Shown: in pieces, positions 12,801 through 23,009 of the stretch
Position numbering within the stretch: the first letter of the stretch is position 1
How the letters are laid out: each line of letters begins with the position of its first letter
Source: Catajapyx aquilonaris
Lineage: Eukaryota
Direction of reading: 5' to 3'
Length of the DNA: 55,321 bases
NCBI GenBank assembly: GCA_000934665.2
Contig: JYFJ02002529.1
Location: forward strand, 1 to 55,321
Program-made: the position numbers and the translations under genes
The notes under the pieces: model-generated
Told to the model about the DNA's origin: nothing
What the model saw: only the letters and a program-made list of their open reading frames with translations
Database searches by the model: none

Positions 12801-14610
12801 ACTGTTAAGAAGCTTTTTACTCCTTGATCATTTGCAACTTTGATTGTTGGTTCATGTACAGTTGAATGGTTCACCTTCATTTACAGTAACTCAAACTTTT
12901 AAGATCTGAAAGTCTATGATAGTCGAGACTCTTTTTATTTTTATATTTCAAAAAATAGCTTCCAGCAATCCTTACCAACTGGTACTCATTCCTCCTCTGA
13001 AAAGCAGTCCTGATTCCTGCATCCCTCCATAGTGCCCTAAGGCTGGGAGCAATGTCGGAAAACCCCCTGCAGCATATGGTGACATTTGGGGCAGCACCCA
13101 GCCTAAGAACTTTGTCCAGGAATTTGCCCTCCTCAATTTCAGACTCCTTCAGCTGCCATTCAATTCCAAGCTTGAGCCTAGCATCCAGAAGTACCCGCAT
13201 GCCACGAACCAGATTCTGGTATACGACAGCCTGGTATTCTCTGATTAGTTCTGCTTCAAATTTAACCCCATGTATGATGCGCATCTGCTTCAAAAATGTG
13301 CTTTTTCCACTCTCGCCAGCACCCAGGAGCAGCAGTTTCACCTGTTGGAATCAGAGAGAAATTAGTGAAGATTTATCCGCATCTAATCAATACCAACATG
13401 CGTTTCATACTGTGTACCTATGAGTAAGCACATGCTTATGTGCATAAGCAGTAACATGGAAACACAGACAACCTTCTAATCAGCAATTACTCATCTCCTA
13501 TTTTTACTCCTCCAATAAACAAAACACAGTGTGACCTGGTACCAAATCTAAAACATGACCTCAGCTTCATTAGCAATAATGCTCTAACTTACCCAGACTA
13601 CTCTCCGATTCTCATAAGAGTGAACCTTTTTCAATATGCATAGGCCAGAGGGGTCGGTGAACCGCCCGGAAAGAGTGCCCAACAGGCCGGGCCCTACAGC
13701 TCTTCACAACAAAATGTGCAGTTTGTGTAGTGCTGCAGCCACTGCATGGGCTGCCCATGATAATTAGGCATTCGAATTACATGTACCAGCACTGTATCTT
13801 CGAGAAAGCCAGAGATACCGGGGACTAATTTTGCGGCGCGGCAGCTCACCGACCCCATGGGTGTATGGACATGCAAAAAAGTTCACACTTATGTGATTCG
13901 GAGTGTATCTATACACATAGAGACCCTGGATCGAATTTTCGTCCCACTGCTAGTTATTGCTAACTTAGCAGTGACAGTGCCAACATTGGCACTGCTAAGT
14001 TAGCCATATAAACTGGCAGTGGGACGAAAATTCCACCCCCTATTTGCAGGCAGAATTGCTGCATTTTACAGCAATCCAGAGCGGCTGACCTTCTGTCATC
14101 CATATGAAGCAATGCTTGAAATCCTGCCTCTGCAACTTTTCTGTCCGACACACTTTCTTTGCACCTGACTCTTATTACAACCTTCATTAACACCACCATT
14201 GGTGTCAGATCAGTGATAGTAATCTATTAACCACGTTTTAAAATTCCTTGGGAGTAATAATGCAATTCATGTAAATGAAAATGTGCTGTCTCACAGTATG
14301 AGTCACACGCACACATGCTCATTAACGAACAATGAAACTAACAAAATTAAAACGGAGGGAGGAATGACAATATGCAATGAGCGGCAAGTCACGTTGACCT
14401 GAGTCAGTGTGGCACCCACCCACCCACCTGTCTCCTGAGCAGTCTCTTGTCCCTCTCCAAGGCCTTGTCGATCTGCTGGCTCCTCCACCGCTGCTCTGCC
14501 TCGTCCGGGCCCAGTCGGAGTCGGAGGCAGCAGCCGGGGCCCATCCCAGCATCCGAGGGCCACAAGAAGCGTCTCAACCGAGACCACCACCGCTCCCTCG
14601 TTTCAGCCAT
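9871..14610 (-). CDS. cta: Heterotrimeric G protein alpha subunit, G12/13 class (concertina)
   Basis: Exons 14610-14428, 13341-12976, 11347-11297, 11095-10878, 10231-9871. G-boxes [29 protein letters not shown]-terminus LETLMLQ is typical of G12/13. Confidence 0.96.
11972..12228. mobile_element. MITE in a G-alpha intron
   Basis: TIRs CATATCGTCGCTGTGGAGTCAAAACC / GGTTTTGACTCCACAGCGACGATATG. Confidence 0.8.
12281..12523 (+). mobile_element. Degenerate tRNA-derived SINE
   Basis: A-box-like TGGCCGAGATGG; head (GGGGAG...GTAACGT) and tail (GGGGTAAC then A-rich) resemble the SINE at 20925-21305; no B box. Confidence 0.5.
13933..14033. repeat. About 100-bp imperfect palindrome in G-alpha intron 1
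   Basis: GAATTTTCGTCCCACTGC...GCTAACTTAGCAGTG / CACTGCTAAGTTAGC...GCAGTGGGACGAAAATTC. Confidence 0.8.
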
Positions 14611-15159
14611 CTTGGATCTGCTGTCTGCAATCGACAGGGTTGCCAGGCTGGGGGGGAATCAGCACTGAATCAGCACAAGGCGAGAAGGGTGGGTGGTGGG
14701 GGGGCAGGAGCAGGAATTCGCCCCTTTCATCTGGTAACCATGCAGGGAAATGCGGCGCGGTATTTCAGAAAACATTCCAAAATCGATGACATGCTGCCTA
14801 AAATGCATTTATTGTGGCATGATATATGGTACAATAAAGTGGCAGTGGTTGTCACACATGATCACTAAAAATGCACAAGTGCTCTAACAATATTGCAACA
14901 GCAGCAGTGGGAAGAATCCCAAAAGGTCACATACGTATCAGTCTCTTGAGATGGTCACAATAAGGACCAGAGTACAGAATAATTCTCTGAGATCATAATG
15001 GCAGTGATAGTAAAACAGTTTATTACCGTTATTAAAATACGGTGTAAAAACTCGGTAAAAAATTGATGGCATAAACATACATAAGAAAGAATGTAAATCA
15101 GTGTAAAAAGAGATATACAATCACTGTATACATAAAAAAGTTTCATCCTTGGAGTCATT

Positions 15160-17124
15160 CTAAATAATAAGCTTCGTCTCCGCAAACTTCTTGGATAGCA
15201 GCTTCATCACCTCTGAATGGCTGGCTCCTTCGTGGCGTGTTGAGGCATAGTTATCCTTCACAAAAGTTGCAAAAATGTTTGGTGTCCTGGGAGTCTTGGG
15301 AGTAACTGCTTGTCCACGAGCTCCTCCTGGAGTAGGGCTGTAGCTCACAGCCATGACCCTTTTGCACCATTTGCAAATGACAGCTTTGGCAGGCTTTGAA
15401 TGGCGACCAGTCTTCCACTGGCAAAAACCACACCGATAGTGAAACTTGTACTGGATCTGGTAGCTGTGGCAACGAGCCACTGGTGGGAGCTCAGGAAAAG
15501 CATGCTGTGCTGACCTGCCCCAGCGTTTCCAGAGCGGGCCATGCCTGTCATCTTTGCTGCGATCTATGATCCACACTGCAGCATGGCACATTTCATGTAT
15601 TAGAGTGTCACGGAGCCTGGAAGCCGAATCCAAAACTTTCTCTGAGAGATCGATAGCACAGATCCGCTCATATTGACCCCCAGGAGCGACCCGTTGACGC
15701 ATCCGGCAAAGTCCAGCTGTCTTGGTAAGTCTCTTGTTCCACACCACTTGCATATCATGGGGCAATTGGGAATTAAACACATTCTTGTTAAACATCATAA
15801 AGAGAATCCGTGTTAGTGACTCCCGGTTCTTACGAAACTGCTGTATGTATGGCGCAGCCTGCAGGTGACGTTTGGTGTCTGGGACAGATGGAGAGAGTGA
15901 TGCCAGAAATGTGCGTTTTCCAGGTTGGTCTTCCAAAAATGGTATTGGACACACGGGCTTGGGATCCACTTTCCTAGGGACAGGCTGATGCTTTGGATTC
16001 CATGGTGGTAAGTAGTCAGTTTCAGATTCTGAGGTGGTCCGAACTCCCAAGATGTACTGATTGTGATTATCTGGCTGTGCATTTTCCTTTTCTTCATCTG
16101 ATGACAAGACGATAACTGATTCTTGGCCACATTCAGGTTCTGAGTCAGACTCAGTGTAACGAGACTCTAGTTTTCGCCCAACTTTTGGTTCAATCTTGGG
16201 CTTCGGATCAGGCTTGAATTGAAACTGTGGCTCCTCCTCTGACATTTCCTTAGGTGTGTGAAAGTCAGATTCACAGTCAGGGCTTGATGGCTGAGACTTG
16301 GATTCCGATGTTTCAGAATCTGAGTCATTGGTAGGAACTACAATCCGTCTCCATGCCCTTTCTGGTTTGGGTTTTTTAATTTTTAGCTTTGAATTCCCAC
16401 TACACTTTGAATCATTTACAGTTGGACATGGTGTGTCCTCTGCCGTCTCAAAATCTGATTCACACTTTCCATCAGGGGTAGCTGCTTGTAGTTTCAATTC
16501 ATCCACATCAGAATCTGAATCACTGCTTGGAACCACAATTCGTCTCCATGTCTTCTGGGAGTCACATGGTTCAGATTTAATTTTCTTCACACTCACAGCT
16601 GATGCCTTCTTACCATACACTTGTGTTTCTGAGTCACTGCTTACCAAAATTATCGTTTGTTCAAAATGTTGTGCAAGTTCTGACTGTATCTTCTTCGCTG
16701 CTGTCACATCATATACTGTGCTTTTCCCTTTCAGATCACAGTCATATCTGGAGACAGCCTTAGAACTGGTCGCTTGAGAAATGCATTCAGTGGCTCTAGG
16801 GCAGGAATCTTGTTTTTTCAGGGATACCCTTGATGTATTTTTCAACTCAGGTTCTGAATCACTGTCACCAAACAGGTATCCATTCTGTCTTGATTGTCTG
16901 CCCTCCCTCCACTTCCATCTCAATTCTTGGGTCAGTCGTCGAGGCTTTTTATTTGCAGCCTTGGATGTCTCCCACTCCCCTGAGCTGGCATCTGACTCAT
17001 TCCCACTCAGATCTGATGTATAAGAGAGTTCCCGAGTTGCTGGCTTCAGTTTTGGTTTCTTCAGTGAGCTGAGCACTACATCCTGCAGGCTCATTTCAGG
17101 GGGTGATGGTGTCAGCATGTACAT
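15160..17124 (-). CDS. GCNA: Germ cell nuclear acidic protein (GCNA/ACRC): acidic disordered region, SprT protease, Zn finger, HMG-like box
   Basis: Single coding exon after an acceptor at 17130-17131. Acidic Ser-rich N-half with SIM-like motifs; SprT (WNKRLTKTAGLC, RDTLIHEMCHAA, HGPLWK); CxxC...CxxC; C-terminal FATFVKDNY...HSEVMKLLSKKF. Confidence 0.92.
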   Translation of the reverse strand: MYMLTPSPPEMSLQDVVLSSLKKPKLKPATRELSYTSDLSGNESDASSGEWETSKAANKKPRRLTQELRWKWREGRQSRQNGYLFGDSDSEPELKNTSRVSLKKQDSCPRATECISQATSSKAVSRYDCDLKGKSTVYDVTAAKKIQSELAQHFEQTIILVSSDSETQVYGKKASAVSVKKIKSEPCDSQKTWRRIVVPSSDSDSDVDELKLQAATPDGKCESDFETAEDTPCPTVNDSKCSGNSKLKIKKPKPERAWRRIVVPTNDSDSETSESKSQPSSPDCESDFHTPKEMSEEEPQFQFKPDPKPKIEPKVGRKLESRYTESDSEPECGQESVIVLSSDEEKENAQPDNHNQYILGVRTTSESETDYLPPWNPKHQPVPRKVDPKPVCPIPFLEDQPGKRTFLASLSPSVPDTKRHLQAAPYIQQFRKNRESLTRILFMMFNKNVFNSQLPHDMQVVWNKRLTKTAGLCRMRQRVAPGGQYERICAIDLSEKVLDSASRLRDTLIHEMCHAAVWIIDRSKDDRHGPLWKRWGRSAQHAFPELPPVARCHSYQIQYKFHYRCGFCQWKTGRHSKPAKAVICKWCKRVMAVSYSPTPGGARGQAVTPKTPRTPNIFATFVKDNYASTRHEGASHSEVMKLLSKKFAETKLII

Positions 17125-17661
17125 TTTTGCTGCAAAAATAAATGAACATGATTTTAGAACATGGTACAATATTATAACCTCGAGAATGTACTGGCAATAT
17201 AATTCTGATATAAAACTTTATGATCTTTGAAGTGCCATGTTTAAATGACATATTTGTCATGTACTAGGGCTATTTTAAAATTACATTCTGATGAGCTGTG
17301 AAATAAAAACAAGCTCAATGAAAAATATAGTGTCTTATAGGTTGGCTCAGTACCCAAGTGGCAACCTTTTATGGGGATGGCATGCAAAAAATTGTGCCCT
17401 GTTGTGCCAAGTGATTCAACTGGGATGGTGACTATGTGGAAAAATAGCATAAGAATGTAGCTCACTCGTGTAAAAAATAAATAGCCCTCATACTATGCAG
17501 ACTACATCATTAAATATGTCAGTACACACCCATACACACATATTTGGCGTGTGACTATAGAATCAAACTCTACTTAACAAGTTGTTTGCAATCACCAAAA
17601 TAATTTGATCAAGACCAACAACAAGGTTTTGGTAGAAAACATGATAATGAAATGGCGAGAG

Positions 17662-17931
17662 CAGTGCTTCCTAAACTGTGGGTCGCTACCTTCATATCTG
17701 GGGTCACGATGGAGGGCAAAAATTTATTTTCACAAAATGATCCTTTATCTCTGTAGAAAATTAGACCCATAACGTAAGTTACAGAACAATTCAGATACTC
17801 GACAATTGTTATCAATGATTTTCATTTCACTGTTTACCTGTCTTTTCATGTTGGGGGATCAAAATGTGCACTTCTGAGGGGTCGCGAGACAATTTTTTGG
17901 GGTTGCCAACGAAAAACATTGGGAAGTACTT
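17662..17931. mobile_element. Degenerate hAT (Charlie-like) MITE
   Basis: Starts CAGTGCTTCCTAAACTGTGGGTCGC, has repeated GGGTCGC/GGGTCAC subterminal motifs, ends TTGGGAAGTACT. Confidence 0.65.
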
Positions 17932-17988
17932 AACTAGAGGTTGAAGAGATTTTACATAAAAGCACCGAAATATACATGCAAATATCCT

Positions 17989-18240
17989 AGGGCGACATGG
18001 TGGCCGAGTGGTTAGCGCCGCAGCCTTCCACCTCTAAGGTCCCGAGTTCGATCCCCGGGTCGGACGGAGGATACTTATGTGGATAGAGTTTCGATGGGTT
18101 TTCTTGGGGTTCTCCCGTTTCCTCCCACTATCAAAATCCATCACATTACAGGCAAATGATTAAAGTCGGATATTCAAAAAATGATCCCCTAAGAGGCCCA
18201 AGGGGCCTATCACGGGGTATCCATTATTATCCATTATTAT
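17989..18240 (+). mobile_element. Intact tRNA-derived SINE with a V-SINE-like central domain
   Basis: A box TGGCCGAGTGG, B box GTTCGATCC, core GGGTTTTCTTGGGGTTCTCCCGTTTCCTCCCAC, 3' stem-loop and CATTATTAT tail; 16-bp TSD TACATGCAAATATCCT at 17973-17988 and 18241-18256. Confidence 0.92.
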
Positions 18241-18507
18241 TACATGCAAATATCCTCCACTTATATCACAAAATCTGCTCCAGGCTCTAAAAATGGCACA
18301 ATGTGCAGTTCAGACTTGAGAATGAAACTGTACCCCAGGTACCCATGATTACATTGTACAGTATGTATATAAAGTATCCCTAATTCCCTATATACCGTAT
18401 ATGAAGCTCAATATTTGTACGTATTATTATTTCTTTAATGTATGTCACGCCTCATTAAGCCATTTCTCGGGTACGGAGAGCGCTCAAACTTCGCACAGCC
18501 ATGTCTT

Positions 18508-18822
18508 ACCTATCACTGACCCCGAGAAAAGTCCCAAACCCGAACTTTTTTGAGTCTAAGGGCGGTTTTCAGCAGATTACGCAATTGCCTAGCAACCCTC
18601 GCTGTCAACAAGCCCAAATGATGGATCTGCCTCTCTCACTCACGTTCTACAATAATCAACATTGCATAGTCAACACTGAAAACAATAAAACAACGGGCAG
18701 GTTGGCAATAATAATAATTGCAGTACACGTAGGGTATTGTAACAATTAACGGTTGGAGTACTTCGGGGAGTGCCGAGATCAACAATACCGAACAATACAG
18801 TACTGTACAGTACATATCGATA
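18508..18822 (-). promoter_or_regulatory. Putative GCNA promoter and non-coding first exon
   Basis: Minus-strand donor TAG|GTAAGA at 18509; X-box-like ATTGCCTAGCAAC at 18584-18596; DRE TATCGATA at 18815-18822. Confidence 0.5.
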
Positions 18823-19219
18823 GAACCTGCCACAAGGCACCAGGAAACACAGAGGAAAGAAGAGCAGGTATACGTTCGTGTGTTTGGTCTCTAGAAGTGT
18901 TGGAGTGATGCCTTCATGTTCAGATTGAATGTGTTATCATCTAATTTTTTTAAAAAAAATTCTGATACCAAATTTTCAAATGTAATTTTAAAACCGGGGT
19001 TAATGCGAAACGGCGTAAAATGGAGCTGCGTAAAACGGGACTTCCCGCATGGGAAATCTTTCTTGCCCACTTCACAACCAGCAAGCTATCATAATTTCCA
19101 CGTTATCACAATTTTTCAATATAAAAATTTTATGATGTCATTTTCAAACTGGCGTTAATGTAGAACGGCGTAAAATGGAGGGGTGTAAAGCGGGTACCTA
19201 CTGTATTATTTTGATAATT

Positions 19220-19690
19220 GGGCGGTGTTATGCAATAATGCGTCAACCCACGCGAGACCAGTTTTGAGAAAAGGGGCTTTGAAGGTTGTTTGAAGGTCAT
19301 ACCTGTGAAATTAATTCAGTGTTCTTTTCGGTCATTTATCGCAGAAGTATATGCAAATTTCCCCTGCGTGATTTTAACTTTAGGTCAGCGGTTCTTACCC
19401 TGGGGTGCCTGCACCTCCAGGGGGTGCGAGGTGGCTTCCCTGGGGGTGCGAGAAAGGTGCACCTCTGGACTTAATCTAACCAAGAGCTAATAACTTGTCT
19501 AACTATGAACGTAATCAATCACCCTTGGTAAAGGGGGTGCGACAAGGACCAATATATTGTCTACAAAGGGGTGCGGAGGCCCGAAAAGGTTAAGAACCTT
19601 TCAAGGAACCTCAGCTTTAGGTGTATGTTCCTCGGCTTGGCTCAATTTTGACATTTTTGTGGGTTGACCCATTATTGCATAACACTGTCC
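19220..19690. mobile_element. MITE hosting a nested hAT MITE
   Basis: TIRs GGGCGGTGTTATGCAATAATGCGTCAACCCAC / GTGGGTTGACCCATTATTGCATAACACTGTCC, with AATT on both flanks. Confidence 0.8.
19386..19614. mobile_element. hAT (Charlie-like) MITE nested in the 19220-19690 element
   Basis: CAGCGGTTCTTACCCT ... AGGTTAAGAACC, repeated GGGGTGCG; 8-bp TSD CTTTAGGT at 19378-19385 and 19615-19622. Confidence 0.85.
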
Positions 19691-19949
19691 AATTTTCCCT
19701 CCGCTTTCGATCACATCTGTGTAGGTTGACTGACACCAAGTTCAACATATGTACCAGACACTACACACGGGTTTGCTGCTATAAAATAATAAATAAATAA
19801 CATATTTTGATAATCTACGTATGTAAGGCAAAAAATAAAATTTGTTTGCCTGTGGCAACAGAATTTTGTTGGTGATTAACATAGAAACAGGCCTGTAAAT
19901 GGTTTCAAATTTTGCACTTCCCCCAATTTTTTTATCCAAATTTTTTTAT

Positions 19950-20103
19950 GTCCCCTCTCCCCAATGTATCTCCGCCTTGCCGTGGTGGTGGGCTTTCGTT
20001 TTCCCATGATCCTGAAGAGCTATGCCGGCGGTAGTTTCGTCTACTGGTAGGGCCGCCCAAGTCGGACAGGTCTTTGGGATAGGAGACAGACTAAGAGAGA
20101 TAC
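19950..20103 (+). ncRNA. Candidate HDV-like self-cleaving ribozyme of RTE-retrotransposon 5'-end type
   Basis: Manual fold: P1 19950-56/19987-93, P2 GTATCTC 19966-72/GAGATAC 20097-103, P3 GCC/GGT around 7-nt L3 TTGCCGT, long P4 (20009-18 with 20071-80), J4/2 CTAA 20091-94. Sequence recalls RTE/BovB 5' ends (GCCTTG-CGTGG...GAGCTATGCC...AGGGCC-CCCAAG-CGGACAGGTC). P1.1 is non-canonical. Confidence 0.6.
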
Positions 20104-20216
20104 CAGTCTTTCCTCTATTCTTTTTCCTCTTTGTTTCTCTCTCCATCTGTCCCACCTTTTAGTATTCTGATAACCGCATAGCCATAGTTGCGTGGCTCTT
20201 TATTACGCAAACAAAC
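19950..20216 (+). mobile_element. Short non-autonomous retroelement: ribozyme-like head, pyrimidine spacer, LINE-like 3' stem-loop and (CAAA)n tail
   Basis: No ORF and no Pol III boxes; ends ...CCGCATAGCCATAGTTGCGTGG...CGCAAACAAAC; no clear TSD. Confidence 0.5.
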
Positions 20217-20437
20217 CAGAATTTTACACCCTTCCAGTGCCTACATATGCAAGGGAATGAGCAGTTTTGCATTTAATATTTCTTGAGATCTAAGAAGATT
20301 TCGGTGTAATTATCCACGCTCTTTTTTCCCCGTGCGAAGATCGGGTACCGCTGCTAGTAAATGTATATAAAGGGGTAGGCTGTAATTCGGGACAGACCTG
20401 TAGGGGTACTAAAGCGGACCAAGACAGATATTGTTCA

Positions 20438-21350
20438 CATAGGAACCCGTGTCTGGAAACGCCATCTAGAAGGGGAGTCCATAGATGGGGAACGGGTGCA
20501 TTCAGATGCATCAGGCAGGAGACGCTAGGCAAGCAGACCATTAGGTGCTAGGTGGCGCGCAGATAGTAAACAACGGCACAATTCGCAATAACCTGGCAAC
20601 AACAGAGCCACTGTGTACTATCCACAGGCTACTTAAAGTGCGGAAAACTAAACAACAATCTGACGTCATCAAGGTTTCCATGGAAACACCCTCACAGAAC
20701 AATATGAGTAAACAGTGTCAACAAAAAGCAACAATGTAAGAAATGATGACACCAGATTGTCGGTTTGTTTTCTGCACTATAGCAAGCTAGCAAGCGAGCT
20801 TTAGTTGCTAGATGGGTCTGTTGTTTACTATCGGTGCGCCACCTAGCAACTAAACGTTCCGCTTGCCTACACCTCCTGCTTGACGCGTCTGAGCCCACCT
20901 TTCCTCATCTATTGACCCCCTCTATAGGGGAGATGGAGTGGCGCTGCCGTAACGTACGTGCACACACGTATGTTAAGGTCCCGGGTTCGATCCCAACCCG
21001 GGGTTGCCCCCTTCATCTCGTGCAGAGTTCTTGGGTCATCTCTGGCTTTGTTTCAGGTGGTATTTCCGACAAACTAAGCCACCCACGGGAGCTCACAAAC
21101 TGACCGTATTAGTCGATGCACTGCCACCTTGCACGTCCCCTCCCAGTCCCCCTGCCCGTATGCCCGCTTCTAACATGGTCTAAGTTTCTATTGGACTTTA
21201 ATCGATAGCATATAGGAGCAATGGCTCTCCCCGAATACCCCGTATAAAGGGGTGGCAAGGGGTAACTTTTTTAAATAAAAACAACAACAACAACAACAAC
21301 AACAACTATTGACCCCCTCTAGATGGCATGTCCGGACATGGGTTCCTATG
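20438..21350. mobile_element. Long-armed MITE (CATAG...CTATG ends) interrupted by a SINE
   Basis: CATAGGAACCCGTGTCTGGA...GCCATCTAGA / TCTAGATGGCATGTCCGGACATGGGTTCCTATG; inner arms GCTAGGTGGCGC / GCGCCACCTAGC. Confidence 0.8.
20925..21305 (+). mobile_element. tRNA-derived SINE with (CAA)n tail
   Basis: B box GGTTCGATCCC; (CAA)n tail; 16-bp TSD CTATTGACCCCCTCTA at 20909-20924 and 21306-21321. Confidence 0.88.
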
Positions 21351-22787
21351 AACCTTTTTTCAGGGTTTGTCTTGGCCACTGCTATTACCCACTAACGTTC
21401 TGTCCCAAATTACAGCCTGAGACACCCTGTATTATACAGGGCTTTGTATTATCTTAAGTTTCACGTATTCATGGGAGGCACAGTCTGAGATATCAGCTAC
21501 CCAGCAGGATTTAAATGGGTGGAACCACTGTAGTTACAAAAACACTGGTACCAAAACACCTATTTATAGAAAGAGTTAAGAAAAGGTGGATAAAGTTGAT
21601 CTTAGAAGTCCCACATCATTAAACAATTGCCCACTAATTATTCATAAAGGCCCATTTTTTAAAATACCAGCAGAAATTTTGCGCACAGGAATAAAATCCC
21701 ACTTGATTGCTGATATCTCACTGTCTGGGGGTTGGAATGACTGGAACCTATACCCTGCAGCTACAGGAGGAATACTGTAGTACCCCATTGTCCCCTGACG
21801 ATTTGTTTCACTCCTTAGGATGGAAGGCAAGAAATCTGTTTTTGAGTCATGCCAAGAGCTAATAATTAGCTCTTGGTCATGCTCCATATATAGTAGTCCC
21901 TGACATACACATCTGCATTGGAGGTTTTCCTTGCAAGCATTGCAAAGTCTTACAGTTAATGTTGAATTTGAATAAGTATAATTATTTAGATGCAGTAATA
22001 TCAACATGCAAGTAGGTACTGAGTGGTGAATATGCATTTTCGTACAAGTGCAGCATGCATGTTTGATGCGGCATTTGCCATCTAGTGCATCCTCAGAATT
22101 ATCACACTGTGGCCTTCCCGCAGATATTTCCCTACCCGAGCCCGAAGAGGCCAGCCAAACCTCGCTGTGGCCGTTGACACTACTAGGCCTGCACTTCCCA
22201 CGTGCACTTCCTGCATAGTATTAAAGCGACTGATGGGCTGGCGATAAAAGGCCTCCTTACCAGTTAAGTGTGAGTATTTCCACCTTGGAAGCCCAGTAAA
22301 AGGGGCTGTCCAAGGGCAAGAAGGGCCACGCGAGGAGGCGAGCAGAGCAGGCCTGCGAAGTGTTGCGGTGGACGCCAAGGTGGACGGACGCTCTCCGCGG
22401 AAACCACTCCGTTATTATTACATTACCGGGATTCGAAACCAGAGTTGCCAGGTTCTGACGCCTCAACAGAAAAAGTCGGACCTGGCATCGTTTTTGTGAA
22501 TAAAAATGCGAAATTTAACCAATTACTTTTATTTATTTAATTCTGCAACGGAGCTTCTCCCATACATTGTTGCCAGACTCGAAAATTTTGTATAAAAACC
22601 AACAACAACGTAATTAATTAACAATTCCCTGTAATCCCTGTAATCCCGGTAATCAACAATTTGTAGTTGGTGCATTTAATTATGTATTTGTCAGCAGAAG
22701 TACAAGGGGCTGACAAGGGGGCATGTCGATTGCGCAACAGTGCAGAAAGGTGGTGAACAGAAGACAGTCGCCGTACCGTAGCCTCGG

Positions 22788-22829
22788 CATGGAGGAATAA
22801 GTAGACTTCACTTATTCTATTCCTCCGTG
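22788..22829. mobile_element. 42-bp miniature TIR element with 8-bp TSD upstream of ERCC6
   Basis: TIRs CATGGAGGAATA / TATTCCTCCGTG (11/12 match); TSD AGCCTCGG at 22780-22787 and 22830-22837. Confidence 0.8.
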
Positions 22830-23009
22830 AGCCTCGGTGCCGGTGGTTCGAGTATAATATTGCACTGCTGCCGTGCCAAGTGCCGTGCACAGTCTGCATG
22901 TGGACATTGTGGACTGTAGTGACCATACATCTTTTTAGTGGGCGTGTGGCCACTCGCAGCAGAAAGGGAGCGAACAGCGCAGGTAGAACGAGGTAAGGAG
23001 TCTGGAAGG

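Noticed and set aside
17990..18065. tRNA gene
   Set aside because: A/B boxes run into a SINE body and tail with a 16-bp TSD; no convincing acceptor stem.
20010..20045. Hammerhead ribozyme from CTGAAGAG
   Set aside because: No downstream GAAA core; the motif pairs within the proposed P4 stem.
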